DNA of 64,000 nucleotides. It comes from an uncultured Acidobacteriaceae bacterium (GTDB taxonomy: Bacteria; Acidobacteriota; Terriglobia; Terriglobales; Acidobacteriaceae). How positions within the stretch are numbered: position 1 is the stretch's first letter; each line of letters begins with the position of its first letter. The position numbers and the translations under genes were made by a program. Location: positions 855,719 to 919,718 of the forward strand of contig CAVVFQ010000008.1 of NCBI GenBank assembly GCA_963747545.1, in the 5' to 3' direction. The notes below the pieces were generated by a model, which saw only the letters and a program-made list of their open reading frames with translations, was not told the origin of the DNA and did not search any database. Shown here in pieces: positions 54,127 to 64,000 of this stretch.

Positions 54127-56976
54127 TCACGCCCCGCCAATTTCTTTAAGAACGGCGCTGCAGCGCTCGCACACCGTGGGAAAGGTCGTGTCTTCGCCGA
54201 CGTGCGTAGAAAAATTCCAGCAGCGCTCACACTTCAGTCCCGGAGCTTTGCCGACCTCGACCACGACGGGCGAGTCGCCGTTGCCCGATCCCTTTTTGAT
54301 TTCGACGGCGGACACGATGAAGAGATAGCGCAAATCGTTCTCAAAGCGCTTCAGCACGGAGAACACCGGATCAACCGCAGTCAGCGTAACCTGCGCCTGC
54401 AGATTGCCTCCGATCAGTTTCTGATTACGCGCATCTTCCAGGGCCTTCAGCACCGCTTCGCGCACGCCCCGCACTGTCTTCCAGTCTTCAGCCAGCCGCG
54501 GATCGGGAGTGATTGCGGCGTCGCCCGTGCCCAGCAGTTCTTCCGACTCCGGGAACGTCGTCAGATGCACGCTCTCCAGCCTCCCCGCGACCGGTGGCAA
54601 ATACTGCCAGACTTCCTCGCAAGTGAAGCTCATGATCGGAGCCAGCAACCGCACCAGAGCCTCGCCAATCCGCCAGATGGCAGTTTGCGCCGCTCGCCGC
54701 GAAACCGACTTGGGCGCCGAAGTGTAAAGCCGATCCTTCAACACGTCGAAGTAGAAAGCGCTCAGTTCCACGCCGCAGAAATTATTGATGCGCTGATAGA
54801 TCTTATGAAAGGCGAACTCTTCATATGAGCGCTGCACGTCCGCTGACACTTCCACCGCCTGGCGCAGCATGTATTGATCCAGCGGCTGCATCTGGTCGAA
54901 CCGGACCGCGTCCTTCGCCGGGTCGAAGCCATCGAGATTCCCAAGAATGAAACGAAACGTGTTGCGAATGTCGCGGTAGATTCCCGCAACCCGCTGCATG
55001 ATCTGCGGAGAGCAAGCAACATCTTCGCGGAAGTCGACCGAGGCCACCCACATGCGCACGATTTCGCCGCCGAGCGTATCCGCGATCTCGACCGGATCGA
55101 CCGTGTTGCCCAGCGACTTCGACATGGCGCGGCCCTGCTCATCCAGCGTCCATCCGCTGGTCGCGACCATGCGATACGGAGCGCTGCCTTCGTAGCCGAT
55201 GGCGCAGAGCAGGGAAGAGTGGAACCATCCGCGGTGCTGGTCGCCGCCTTCCAGATAAAGGTCGGCAGGCCAAGGCAGATTCGGTTCGTGGCCAAGCACG
55301 GCGGCGTGGCTCGATCCCGACTCGAACCACACGTCGAGAATGTCAGTTTCTTTCTTGAACTTGGTGCCGCCGCAGTGCGCACACTTATGGCCGGAGGAGA
55401 GAATCGCGTCCGTCTCCGGCGTATACCACGCATCGGCGCCGCGCTGCGCAACGAACTGCACCACCTTGCGATTGATATGCGGATCATTCACCGGCTTGCC
55501 ACAGTTGTCGCACAGAAACACCGCAATCGGAACGCCCCACACCCGCTGCCGCGAGATGCACCAGTCCGGACGAGTAGCGATCATGTTCGAGATGCGCTCT
55601 TCACCCCACGCCGGGTCCCACTTCACTTTCGCGATTTCAGCCAGCGTGCGGCTGCGCATGGTTTCGCCGTGGTTGTCATCTTTCATCGGCGTCTCCATGC
55701 CGATGAACCACTGCTCGGTGGCGCGGAAGATCACCGGGTTATGACATCGCCAGCAATGAGGATACGAATGCTCCATCTTTTCGGAATGCATCAGCGCGCC
55801 GCGCGCCTTCAACAATTCGACGATCGGAGCATTAGCATCGAACACGCGCTTGCCCTCATACTCCGGCAGCCCGTTGCGCATGATGCCCGCTTTATCCACG
55901 TTGCAGGTGGGATCGATCTTATATTTCTGACCAGTGACGAAGTCCTCAGCGCCGTGCGCGGGAGCCGTATGCACCACGCCGGTGCCCTGGTCCATGGTGA
56001 CGTAATCCGCCAGCACACCGATGATCTTGCGATCCAGAAACGGATGCCTGAACTCGGCATATTCCAGCTTGCGGCCCGGGAAGCGAGCGATCTCGCGAGC
56101 TGATTGCAGCCCGGTCTTCTCTTGCACCACGGTCGCGAGCCGCGCACCAACAATAAAAACGTCGTCGCCGGCCTCGAGCGCTACATATTCTTCGTCAGGA
56201 TGAAACGCCACCGCCATCGACGCCGGCAGCGTCCACGGAGTCGTGGTCCAGATGATGGTGGAAACTTTCTTGCCCCGCCGTACCGCATCAACCAGGGCCG
56301 CATCGATCGACGCCGGGTCGCCCGCGAACGGATACTTCACCCAAACCGTCGGGCTGGTGTGATTTTCGTATTCGACTTCGGCCTCCGCCAATGCGGTCTC
56401 GTCGAACACGCACCAGTAGACTGACCGCAGCCCCTTGTAGACGAAGTCGTTTTCCAGAAAGCGATAGAGAATGTCAAGCACCGCCGCTTCGTATTGCGGC
56501 GTCATCGTCGAATACGGGTTGTCAAAACGGCCAAATACGCCGATGCGCTTGAATTGGGAGCGTTGCAGATCAAGAAACTTTTCCGCGTACTTGCGGCATG
56601 CGCTGCGCACGTCAACCGCCGACATCTGCAGTTTTTTGCCGCCCAACATTTGATCGACTTTGATTTCGATGGGCAGCCCGTGGCAGTCCCATCCCGGAAC
56701 GTACGGCGAGTCGAAGCCGGCCATGTTCTTCGACTTCACAATGAAGTCCTTCAGGCATTTATTCATCGCCGTGCCCAAATGGATGGGCCCGTTGGCGTAC
56801 GGAGGCCCATCGTGCAGCACATAGGTAGGCGCGCCCTTGCGCACTTCGCGGATGCGGTCGTAGATGCGTTGCTCCTCCCATCGCGCCAGTATTTTGGGCT
56901 CATTCTGGGGCAGACCCGCCTTCATGGGGAAGCCGGTCTTGGGCAAATTGATGGTGGATTTCAGCTCCGTAGGCAC
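54127..56976 (-). CDS. ileS: Isoleucyl-tRNA synthetase (type 1, C-terminal zinc finger)
   Basis: PYANGPIHLGT (HIGH), AMSKSLGN (KMSKS), CERCWN...CERCSAVL. Confidence 0.95.
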   Translation of the reverse strand: MPTELKSTINLPKTGFPMKAGLPQNEPKILARWEEQRIYDRIREVRKGAPTYVLHDGPPYANGPIHLGTAMNKCLKDFIVKSKNMAGFDSPYVPGWDCHGLPIEIKVDQMLGGKKLQMSAVDVRSACRKYAEKFLDLQRSQFKRIGVFGRFDNPYSTMTPQYEAAVLDILYRFLENDFVYKGLRSVYWCVFDETALAEAEVEYENHTSPTVWVKYPFAGDPASIDAALVDAVRRGKKVSTIIWTTTPWTLPASMAVAFHPDEEYVALEAGDDVFIVGARLATVVQEKTGLQSAREIARFPGRKLEYAEFRHPFLDRKIIGVLADYVTMDQGTGVVHTAPAHGAEDFVTGQKYKIDPTCNVDKAGIMRNGLPEYEGKRVFDANAPIVELLKARGALMHSEKMEHSYPHCWRCHNPVIFRATEQWFIGMETPMKDDNHGETMRSRTLAEIAKVKWDPAWGEERISNMIATRPDWCISRQRVWGVPIAVFLCDNCGKPVNDPHINRKVVQFVAQRGADAWYTPETDAILSSGHKCAHCGGTKFKKETDILDVWFESGSSHAAVLGHEPNLPWPADLYLEGGDQHRGWFHSSLLCAIGYEGSAPYRMVATSGWTLDEQGRAMSKSLGNTVDPVEIADTLGGEIVRMWVASVDFREDVACSPQIMQRVAGIYRDIRNTFRFILGNLDGFDPAKDAVRFDQMQPLDQYMLRQAVEVSADVQRSYEEFAFHKIYQRINNFCGVELSAFYFDVLKDRLYTSAPKSVSRRAAQTAIWRIGEALVRLLAPIMSFTCEEVWQYLPPVAGRLESVHLTTFPESEELLGTGDAAITPDPRLAEDWKTVRGVREAVLKALEDARNQKLIGGNLQAQVTLTAVDPVFSVLKRFENDLRYLFIVSAVEIKKGSGNGDSPVVVEVGKAPGLKCERCWNFSTHVGEDTTFPTVCERCSAVLKEIGGA

Positions 56977-57294
56977 TCGCAGGGTTCTCCCAACTGATTG
57001 AATCTTTTCATTATATAGGGAGCGCGGAAGGACACGTCTATTTGGAGATGCCGGACTCCGGACGAATTCGAAAAGTACTGTTTCTCATTTCGAAAAAGCG
57101 TGTACAATTTTCTGTAGATTGACGCCTGCACGCATCTAAACTGATCGGGGAACGGCGGGCGGAGAGGTTCGTCCGTTTTAGACAAGGCTCGTTAAACAAG
57201 GCTCGCCTCTTTTTGAAGCGACCTTTGAGCAGCGCTCGCGCATCTAAAGGAGCGGATTCCGTACCGCGAATTTAGCGTTGGCACTCGAGAAGAT

Positions 57295-58293
57295 ATGCCA
57301 GAACTTGAAACACCAGAGAATCCGCAAGCGCTAGCTCCTGAGCCTGAGCTGCATCTTCTTCTGCAGAATGAGACTCTCGACGAGCCCATCTGGCGATCCC
57401 TGTTCCGCAACGTCGACGACTTCTTCTTCCCCAAGAAACTTCCTCCGCTGGTCCTGACCTCGAAGCCCGTCCCGGTGCGCGACATTTGGGGCTTCTACAA
57501 CTATAAGAGAGGCGGAGTCGCCGGCTCGACCTTCGTCCACGTGCTGGCCGTTGCGATTATTGTCGCAGTCGCGCTCTGGGGACGGAGGGTCGTCGCTCCC
57601 CCGCCGAAGGCGGTCGTGGAATTGATCGCGCCTGATGACCTTCCCGTTCTGCAGCCCTCGAAGACCCAGAGCGGCGGCGGCGGCGGCGGTGGTGATCGCG
57701 ACAAATTGCAGGCCTCGCAGGGCCGTTTGCCCAAGCAGTCCATGCAACCGCTCGCTCCACCAGCGGCGGTGATACGCAACCCGAATCCCAAACTCGAAGT
57801 CGACCCGGCGATTCTGGTTCCCCCGGAGGTTAAGCTGCAGCAGCCCAACCTGCCGGACTTGGGTGACCCCATGTCGCATCTGCCGACCGTGGCTTCGAAT
57901 GGAACGGGCTCCGGCGGTGGCCTTGGCTCCGGTAATGGCGGTGGTGTGGGTTCGGGATCGGGTGCTGGGTATGGCCCCGGGAGTGGCGGCGGTACCGGCG
58001 GCGGACCGTTCCGTGTGGGCGGTGGTGTTTCGGCCCCGAAAGCGATTTATTCGCCGGACCCTGAATATTCGGAAGAAGCCCGCAAAGTTAAACACATGGG
58101 CGTGGTCGTGCTGTGGCTGGTGGTCGGCCCCGACGGTAAGCCGCGCGACATCCGAGTAGTCCGAACTTTAGGATTGGGCCTGGACGAAAAGGCGATCGAA
58201 GCGGTGAAGAACTGGCGCTTCGAACCCGCCCTGAAAGACGGCAAACCGGTCGCCGTTCAAGTGAACGTCGAAGTCAATTTCCATTTGTACTGA
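57295..58293 (+). CDS. tonB: TonB-family energy transducer
   Basis: TM VHVLAVAIIVAVALW. Pro- and Gly-rich spacer. C-terminal GVVVLWLVVGPDGKPRDIRVV...AIEAVKNWRFEPALKDGKPV. Confidence 0.8.
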   Translation: MPELETPENPQALAPEPELHLLLQNETLDEPIWRSLFRNVDDFFFPKKLPPLVLTSKPVPVRDIWGFYNYKRGGVAGSTFVHVLAVAIIVAVALWGRRVVAPPPKAVVELIAPDDLPVLQPSKTQSGGGGGGGDRDKLQASQGRLPKQSMQPLAPPAAVIRNPNPKLEVDPAILVPPEVKLQQPNLPDLGDPMSHLPTVASNGTGSGGGLGSGNGGGVGSGSGAGYGPGSGGGTGGGPFRVGGGVSAPKAIYSPDPEYSEEARKVKHMGVVVLWLVVGPDGKPRDIRVVRTLGLGLDEKAIEAVKNWRFEPALKDGKPVAVQVNVEVNFHLY

Positions 58294-58305
58294 CGCCGAG
58301 CCAGC

Positions 58306-58331
58306 GTAGGGACAGCCGCCCTCGGCTGTCC
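58306..58331. repeat. REP-like element, family B, single arm hairpin (probable terminator between convergent tonB and murI)
   Basis: GTAGGGACAGCCGCCCTCGGCTGTCC. Internal hairpin GGACAGCCG-CCCT-CGGCTGTCC. Confidence 0.7.
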
Positions 58332-58355
58332 AGCCGTGCGCAACACGGTCGCCGC

Positions 58356-59243
58356 CTACTCCTTCAAATCCACATGCAACACATCTTCCACTGGAAGCCC
58401 CAGAAAGCGCGTCCCCATCCTCCTGAATTTCTCCGCCGAATCCGTGGCAAAAAATTTGAGCTGGGGAACTCCTCGAAGCTCGTTCCCGGCTGGAGACGAC
58501 GGTGGCGCGATCTGCAGCTGACGCGCCACATCCAGCGCAGTCGATTCGGCCGAGTCCACAATCGTGACGTGCTCCGGCGCCACGCGCCGCAGCAGCGGCT
58601 TGATCAGAGGATAGTGCGTGCAGCCCAGCACCAGCACGTCGGCATCGTTCGCATCGTCCGAAAAAGCTTCCGCCAAATAAATCCGCGCCACCTGCTCGGT
58701 CACCGGATGTTCCACCCAGCCCTCTTCGACCAGCGGCACAAACAGCGGACAAGCCTTCTCACGCACCGTGACTTCGCGCGCTTCAAGCGCCCGCCGGTAA
58801 GCATGGCTGCTGATGGTCGCATCCGTGCCGATGACCACAACCTTCCGCTTCCGGCTGGCCACCGCCGCGGCTTCCGCTCCCGGTTCAACCACGCCGACAA
58901 CTTCCACGTCCGCCGCCGCTTTGATCTCGTCGAGCGCCAGCGCCGTCGCCGTGTTGCAGGCGATCACCAGCAACTCCGCTCCCTGAGCCTGCAAGTAGCG
59001 CACCGCCCCGACCGCGTAATGCGCGACCGTGGACGCCGATTTCGATCCATAAGGGAGGCGCGCCGTGTCACCGAAATAGAGATAGCTGGCGTTGGGGATG
59101 CGGTCGAGCAGCGCGCGCAGTACGGTGAGGCCTCCGACGCCCGAGTCAAAGACGCCGATTCTTGGCTTTTCAGAGGAAGCTCTGGCAGAAGAAGGCCTGG
59201 CAGCAGAAGGCTTGCCGGAGGATGACCGATGTGAATTGGGCAC
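58356..59243 (-). CDS. murI: Glutamate racemase
   Basis: IGVFDSGVGGLTV, ACNTA and GCTHYP catalytic Cys motifs. About 25-aa Ser/Ala-rich N-terminal extension, so the start is uncertain. Confidence 0.9.
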   Translation of the reverse strand: MPNSHRSSSGKPSAARPSSARASSEKPRIGVFDSGVGGLTVLRALLDRIPNASYLYFGDTARLPYGSKSASTVAHYAVGAVRYLQAQGAELLVIACNTATALALDEIKAAADVEVVGVVEPGAEAAAVASRKRKVVVIGTDATISSHAYRRALEAREVTVREKACPLFVPLVEEGWVEHPVTEQVARIYLAEAFSDDANDADVLVLGCTHYPLIKPLLRRVAPEHVTIVDSAESTALDVARQLQIAPPSSPAGNELRGVPQLKFFATDSAEKFRRMGTRFLGLPVEDVLHVDLKE

Positions 59244-59255
59244 AGTCGTCAGCGG

Positions 59256-59531
59256 TCACCCTTCCGCGGTGGTCGGACTGATGACCGACCGAATCGCGGA
59301 AATTCGATTGGCCGGAAAGCCTCCCCGGCGGGCGCGCTCGCGGATCGTCTCTTCGTTCGGCGCGATGTAGACGCAGTAGACCTTGTTGTCGGTGACGAAG
59401 CTTTCAAGCCATTGGACCTGTGACCCAAGCTTCCGCAAAACACCGCAGGACGCCTGCGAGATGCCCTGGAGTTCGTGCGGAGTCAACTTGCCGGCGTTGG
59501 GAATTTCGCGCTCGATCACATACTTAGGCAT
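59256..59531 (-). CDS. DUF4242-like small protein
   Basis: MPKYVIEREIPNAGKLTPHELQGISQASCGVL...VYCVYIAPNEETIRERARRGGFPA. Confidence 0.6.
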   Translation of the reverse strand: MPKYVIEREIPNAGKLTPHELQGISQASCGVLRKLGSQVQWLESFVTDNKVYCVYIAPNEETIRERARRGGFPANRISAIRSVISPTTAEG

Positions 59532-59725
59532 GCTACCCTTTTGCGCTCGTGGTTTCTGGCTGCTGCGACTGTGAATCCGGATTCTAGCACCCGACGAAGT
59601 CCCCGAGACACCACAATCTTTTCTACCGCGCGGCGCTAACTTTCATGGGCGCGGAGTCAATATCCTCAAACGAGAACGCGATCGCGAGTTGCCTCACCCG
59701 ACCACCGCCCGTTATCCTTCAGGCC

Positions 59726-61216
59726 ATGCCCAGCACGCTAGTCGAATGCGTCCCCAATTTTTCCGAAGGCCGCGACCCCGCCAAAGTTGATGCCATCATC
59801 GAAGCCATGAAGATGCCCGGCGTCTATCTCCTCGATCGCGAGATGGATTCTGACCACAACCGCTGCGTGATCACCCTGGTGGGCGAGCGCGAAGCCATTC
59901 AGGAAGCGGCCATTCGCGGCGTAGGCAAAGCCGCCGAGCTGATCGATCTCACGAAACATCAGGGTGCGCACCCGCGCATGGGAGCAGCCGACGTCGTGCC
60001 CTTCATCCCGATCGACGGTGTCACCATCGAAGACTGTGTCGCCATGGCGCGCCACGTCGGAGCCCAGATTGCGAAACGCTTTCAGATCCCAGTCTATCTT
60101 TATGAAGCCGCCGCCAGCACGCCTGAACGCCAGAACCTGGAGAATATTCGCCGCGGTCAGTTCGAGGGCATCCGCGCCGACATCGCCACCAACCCTGCGC
60201 GCAAGCCTGATTTCGGCGAGCCCCGAGTGCATCCCACGGCGGGCGCCACCGTCGTCGGAGCGCGCAAGTTTCTGATTGCCTACAACGTCTTCCTGAATAC
60301 GCCCGACGTAGACATCGCAAAAAAAATCGCCAAGGCCGTGCGTTTTTCGAGTGGCGGCCTGCGCTTCGTCAAAGGCGCAGGATTCCTGGTCCGCGGCCTG
60401 GCCCAGGTTTCAATGAATCTGACCGACTTCGAGCAGACTCCCATCAACCGCGTCTTCGAATACGTGAAACGCGAAGCCGCGCGCTACGGCGTCATCCCGG
60501 TTTCGAGCGAGATCGTCGGCCTGATTCCAAAGAAGGCGCTGGAGCAAGCCGCGGAATGGTTCCTGCAAGTGGAACATTTTGATTCCTCGCTCATTCTGGA
60601 GAATCGTCTCGCCGCGGTCATGGGCGGCAAGATGGCGGTCGGCGGACTGCGCGCCGGGGTCGAGCCCTTCATCGAGCAACTAGCGGCTCCCACCGCCACT
60701 CCCGGAGGAGGCAGCGCCGCCGCCGCCAGCGGAGCCATGGCCGCCGGACTGGCAAGCATGGTTGCGTCCATGTCGCGCGGCAAGAAAGCGTATCTGCAGT
60801 ATGAAAGCCAGCTGAGCGAAGCCATCGCCCGACTCGGCCAGCTTCGCGAGGAACTGAAGTCCGCAATCGACGCCGATGCCGAGTCTTACAACGTCGTCAT
60901 GAAGGCCTACAAGGCGGCGAAAGAATCCTCGGGCGGTGACGCCGCGATCAGCGCCGCGCTCAAACAGGCGACGAGTGTTCCGCTAGGCGTCGCCGAAAAA
61001 GCGGTCGAGGTGGCCGAGATCGCAACCAGGCTGAAGCCGATCACCAACCCGAACATGAAGTCCGACTTGACGACCGCCGTGGCTCTGGCAAGAGCCGCTC
61101 TCGAAGGTGCACTCGCCAATGTGGAGATCAATCTCGATTCGCTGAAGAAAGATTCTCCAAAGGACGAGAGTTTCGTCGCAGACACACGAAAGAGGGCGCT
61201 AACCCTGAAGGCGTAA
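59726..61216 (+). CDS. ftcD: Bifunctional glutamate formimidoyltransferase / formimidoyltetrahydrofolate cyclodeaminase
   Basis: ATG 59726. LVECVPNFSEGRD, HPRMGAADVVPF. C-terminal TPGGGSAAAASGAMAAGL cyclodeaminase motif. Confidence 0.85.
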   Translation: MPSTLVECVPNFSEGRDPAKVDAIIEAMKMPGVYLLDREMDSDHNRCVITLVGEREAIQEAAIRGVGKAAELIDLTKHQGAHPRMGAADVVPFIPIDGVTIEDCVAMARHVGAQIAKRFQIPVYLYEAAASTPERQNLENIRRGQFEGIRADIATNPARKPDFGEPRVHPTAGATVVGARKFLIAYNVFLNTPDVDIAKKIAKAVRFSSGGLRFVKGAGFLVRGLAQVSMNLTDFEQTPINRVFEYVKREAARYGVIPVSSEIVGLIPKKALEQAAEWFLQVEHFDSSLILENRLAAVMGGKMAVGGLRAGVEPFIEQLAAPTATPGGGSAAAASGAMAAGLASMVASMSRGKKAYLQYESQLSEAIARLGQLREELKSAIDADAESYNVVMKAYKAAKESSGGDAAISAALKQATSVPLGVAEKAVEVAEIATRLKPITNPNMKSDLTTAVALARAALEGALANVEINLDSLKKDSPKDESFVADTRKRALTLKA

Positions 61217-61218
61217 CC

Positions 61219-61728
61219 ATGCACAGAAAGTCGATTCTCGTACTGATAGTTGTTGTGGGGCTCGCTGCCGTCTGCGGTTTGTTTATTGACCGGCCGCGGT
61301 ATTTCCACCAGGACATCAAATCCTGTTTCGACGATGCTGGTGGTCTTCGCGCGGGTGCTGCGGTTCGTATTGCTGGGGTCGATGTGGGTACAGTTCGCAG
61401 CGTTCGAGCAAATCCGCAAAACAAAAATTGTCCTGCGGAAGTCGAGATGACGCTGGCTACAACGTACGAAATCAGGATACCGAGAGACTCAATTGCCGAG
61501 ACCAACACTGCAGGGCTGCTCGGTGGAACCTTTGTGAACATCGACGTCACCCAAGCGTCAGGTGCGCCGACTGAGAACTATGGCTACCTGAAAAGTAAGT
61601 CCAGCAGGACCACGCTATCCCTTGAAGACCAACTCAAGGCTGCAGACGTATTGCTCCGGCTAGTTCGGACTCTTAAGGAAGCAGAGAAAGAAGTCCCTAA
61701 AGAAACCGGCACTCCCACCCACCCTTGA
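61219..61728 (+). CDS. MlaD/MCE-domain protein
   Basis: N-terminal anchor ILVLIVVVGLAAV. GLRAGAAVRIAGVDVGTVRSV and GLLGGTFVNIDV. Confidence 0.65.
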   Translation: MHRKSILVLIVVVGLAAVCGLFIDRPRYFHQDIKSCFDDAGGLRAGAAVRIAGVDVGTVRSVRANPQNKNCPAEVEMTLATTYEIRIPRDSIAETNTAGLLGGTFVNIDVTQASGAPTENYGYLKSKSSRTTLSLEDQLKAADVLLRLVRTLKEAEKEVPKETGTPTHP

Positions 61729-61917
61729 TTCCGACCCTTGATTCGCTGGCGCACAGCAGGGCAAGCGGCGTCGTGCTGCGCCACCATGGCACCAACGTGC
61801 ATCCTGCCCACCTTTGGTGCCACGCCAATGGCACGTTCTGGCGTTGACCAATGGTTCTACGGTTGGTTACTGTTGGTGACTGTTGAGCCAACGCTTCTCC
61901 CCCATGAGTATTGCTGA

Positions 61918-63975
61918 ATGGGTGTCCTCGAGAAGATTCCGACCTTTTTGATCGTAGGCGTGCTGGTCATTATTTTTGTATGCCTGAAGCGCCACGCGCG
62001 CAGCGCCCGTCTGACACTCTGGACCGTGGGTTGGACGCTGGTGTTCACGCATTTCCTGGCCCAATTGCTGGAGCCCGATCGCGTCCCCGCCAATTCTTTT
62101 CTGCTGGCCCTCGATTCCGGATCGTTGCAGGCCGCAGTGGTCATTTTTCTGGTCTCCGTCTCTTCGGTGGCTGAAGATCGCGCGAAGCGGGCGCTCCTGT
62201 TGCTCGTTGTGGGTGTGCCTTCCGTGCTCTACGTGGTCTGCACCTGCTACGACGTGCATGAGCGCTGGCCTTATGTTTTATGCCTGGCAGCCTGCTTCGG
62301 TGGGGCGGCGTGCTTCTTCTTCAGGGTGGGCGCGAAGATGTCGTTGTACCTGGAGGCCGCGACCTTCCTGTGCTCGCTTGCCGGAGTGTGGGCGATTCGT
62401 GCCGCGCTGCGCGGCTCCTTTGAAGAAGGGACGATCGCTCTCCTGGTCGTTGGATTCGGTCTCGCGGGTGTCTTCATTTGCCGGAACCACTGGCGCCCGT
62501 CGCCCGCCATTCTCACCATCGCCGGGGGATTCTTCAGCTGGGGAGCCTCGTTTCCCATCAGAGTGTTGGTCGATCGTCTCACTCCGCACCTGATCATTCC
62601 AGCGGAACTGTGGCACACGCCCAAGCTCTTCGTCGCTCTCGGCATGATTCTGGCGGTGGTAGAAGACAAGTCGGAATCGATCGCGCGCATGCAATACAAG
62701 GCGGAAGGACTCAATCGTCAACTGGAACGCTTCTCCGCCATCACATCCCGGCTGTTGAGTGGCGCGGAGTTGGACACCATCTGCCCGGAAATCGCTTTGG
62801 CGATCACTGACGTCAGCAACTTCAGTGTGGCCGTGGTCCAACTCGAAGATGCCGAGCGCAGGTTACGTGTGGCAGGATCCAGCGGACTGTCGACAGAGTC
62901 TTTGCGAAAGCTGCAGGGTCAAACCGATTCTGGAGACTGGACGCTCGATCTTATTAAGAATTTGTGTTCTGCCGCGCAGCCCATGGGGAAGAATTCGTAC
63001 TTGCTGCCTGGCCACGGAGCAATTCCGTTTGCCCTCAGCGAAAGCCCGGCGGCGCGCCCGAACCGCGAAGAGCCTCGCGAAGAACTCCGCGAAGAGCTAT
63101 TGATTCCACTGTGCTCCGATGGAGGCGCATGCCTCGGCTGCATCCGCTTGGCTGCGCCACGAGACACGAGTACCGTCCATGCGCTCGAATTGTCCCACAT
63201 CGAAATGCTCGCAGCCGACCTTGCGCTAGCCGTAGAGTTGCGGGACTTGCACACGCAGCTGGTCTGGTCGGAAAAACTGGCAGCTTTGGGGCAACTGCTG
63301 GCGGGAGTCGCGCACGAACTCAACAACCCTCTAACCGCGATCATGGGATACGGCGAATTGATCAGCGATGCGGTCGCGGCACCGCATGCTCGCGATCAAC
63401 TCGCGAAGCTGGTGAGCGAAGCCCGCCGCATGAAACGGATCATTGACAACCTGCTCCGCTTTTCGCGACAAAGTGAGCGTGACACTCAGGCTACACAGCT
63501 TTCTCCGGTCGTGCAGCAGGTGCTGGCGCTTCGCGAATACTATACCCGCACCCGCAATGTCCGGGTCAAACTCGACATCGCACAGGACTTGCCCTTGCTG
63601 GCCGTCAACGAGGACGAAATCAAACAGATTCTCCTCAACCTGTTCAACAATTCAAACGACGCCCTGGAAGGAATGGCCGGCAACAAGCAGATCAGCATTC
63701 GCGCCTACCAGAGCGGCCCACGGGCGGTGATCGAAGTCGAGGATACCGGCCCCGGCTTTGCCAATCTGAACCGCGCGCTCGACCCGTTCTACACCACCAA
63801 GCCCGTGGGCAAGGGAACCGGACTCGGGTTAAGCGTCTGTTATGGCATCGTCAAGAAACGTGGCGGAGATCTGGAAATAGAAAACGTGAAGCCGCACGGC
63901 GCACGCGTAACCATCAGATTATTGCTCGCGGACGCGCCTGCGCAACCGCTCCTGGCCGCCATGGCCAGCGCCTAG
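61918..63975 (+). CDS. Membrane sensor histidine kinase (multi-TM N-domain, GAF-like middle, HisKA plus HATPase_c)
   Basis: VAHELNNPLTAIMGY H-box, NLFNNSNDAL N-box, VEDTGPGF, GKGTGLGLSVCYG. Confidence 0.85.
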   Translation: MGVLEKIPTFLIVGVLVIIFVCLKRHARSARLTLWTVGWTLVFTHFLAQLLEPDRVPANSFLLALDSGSLQAAVVIFLVSVSSVAEDRAKRALLLLVVGVPSVLYVVCTCYDVHERWPYVLCLAACFGGAACFFFRVGAKMSLYLEAATFLCSLAGVWAIRAALRGSFEEGTIALLVVGFGLAGVFICRNHWRPSPAILTIAGGFFSWGASFPIRVLVDRLTPHLIIPAELWHTPKLFVALGMILAVVEDKSESIARMQYKAEGLNRQLERFSAITSRLLSGAELDTICPEIALAITDVSNFSVAVVQLEDAERRLRVAGSSGLSTESLRKLQGQTDSGDWTLDLIKNLCSAAQPMGKNSYLLPGHGAIPFALSESPAARPNREEPREELREELLIPLCSDGGACLGCIRLAAPRDTSTVHALELSHIEMLAADLALAVELRDLHTQLVWSEKLAALGQLLAGVAHELNNPLTAIMGYGELISDAVAAPHARDQLAKLVSEARRMKRIIDNLLRFSRQSERDTQATQLSPVVQQVLALREYYTRTRNVRVKLDIAQDLPLLAVNEDEIKQILLNLFNNSNDALEGMAGNKQISIRAYQSGPRAVIEVEDTGPGFANLNRALDPFYTTKPVGKGTGLGLSVCYGIVKKRGGDLEIENVKPHGARVTIRLLLADAPAQPLLAAMASA

Positions 63976-64000
63976 CTCAGCGCCGCAGGCGGAGTCGAAA

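Noticed and set aside
54874-56103. 409-aa ORF antisense to ileS (and the alternate-frame 54762-55487 ORF)
   Set aside because: ileS is unambiguous (HIGH and KMSKS motifs). These are shadow ORFs.
56977-57294. T-box or other leader upstream of ileS
   Set aside because: I found only short direct repeats (ACAAGGCTCG x2, CGCATCTAAA x2). There is no specifier or T-box sequence I can recognise.

Overview
Dense, two-strand coding window with about 57 protein genes and one tRNA. GC is roughly 60-65% in most hand-counted 60-nt lines. I saw no rRNA, CRISPR array, transposase, integrase or phage genes. The gene content suggests a chromosomal segment of an Acidobacteriota-like soil bacterium (inference only): BshA, a CarboxypepD_reg-type TonB-dependent receptor, several GT-C membrane glycosyltransferases, an ECF sigma/anti-sigma pair and many GC-rich palindromic intergenic repeats. 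Housekeeping blocks are mazG, alaX, glpK-glpD, gpsA-plsY-thpR-cinA, ileS-lspA, murI, slt, tonB and ftcD. A compact polyamine cluster holds pdaD, aguA, aguB and a deoxyhypusine-synthase-like gene. The most unusual part runs from about 16.8 to 38.6 kb. Downstream of tRNA-Leu sits a lower-GC block (about 38-55% in sampled lines) encoding exported and Cys-rich unknowns and two GT-C proteins. It is followed by a same-strand string of two half-size EamA genes, asnB, an ArnT-like GT-C and sqdB, with a convergent GT21-type glycosyltransferase and a nearby GT2-GtrA fusion. I read this as an Arn-like lipid-carrier glycosylation module apparently fed by UDP-sulfoquinovose (hypothesis). Other observations include at least five families of REP/MITE-like intergenic palindromes, a 2 x 166 bp tandem duplication spanning the thpR start and cinA stop, a tRNA-Leu(UAA) that I fold by hand with an 8-nt anticodon loop, and a Lys-to-Arg change at the catalytic-lysine position of the DHS-like protein. 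All family calls come from motif recognition by eye, with no searches run. Repeat coordinates are hand-counted, so allow +/-2 nt.
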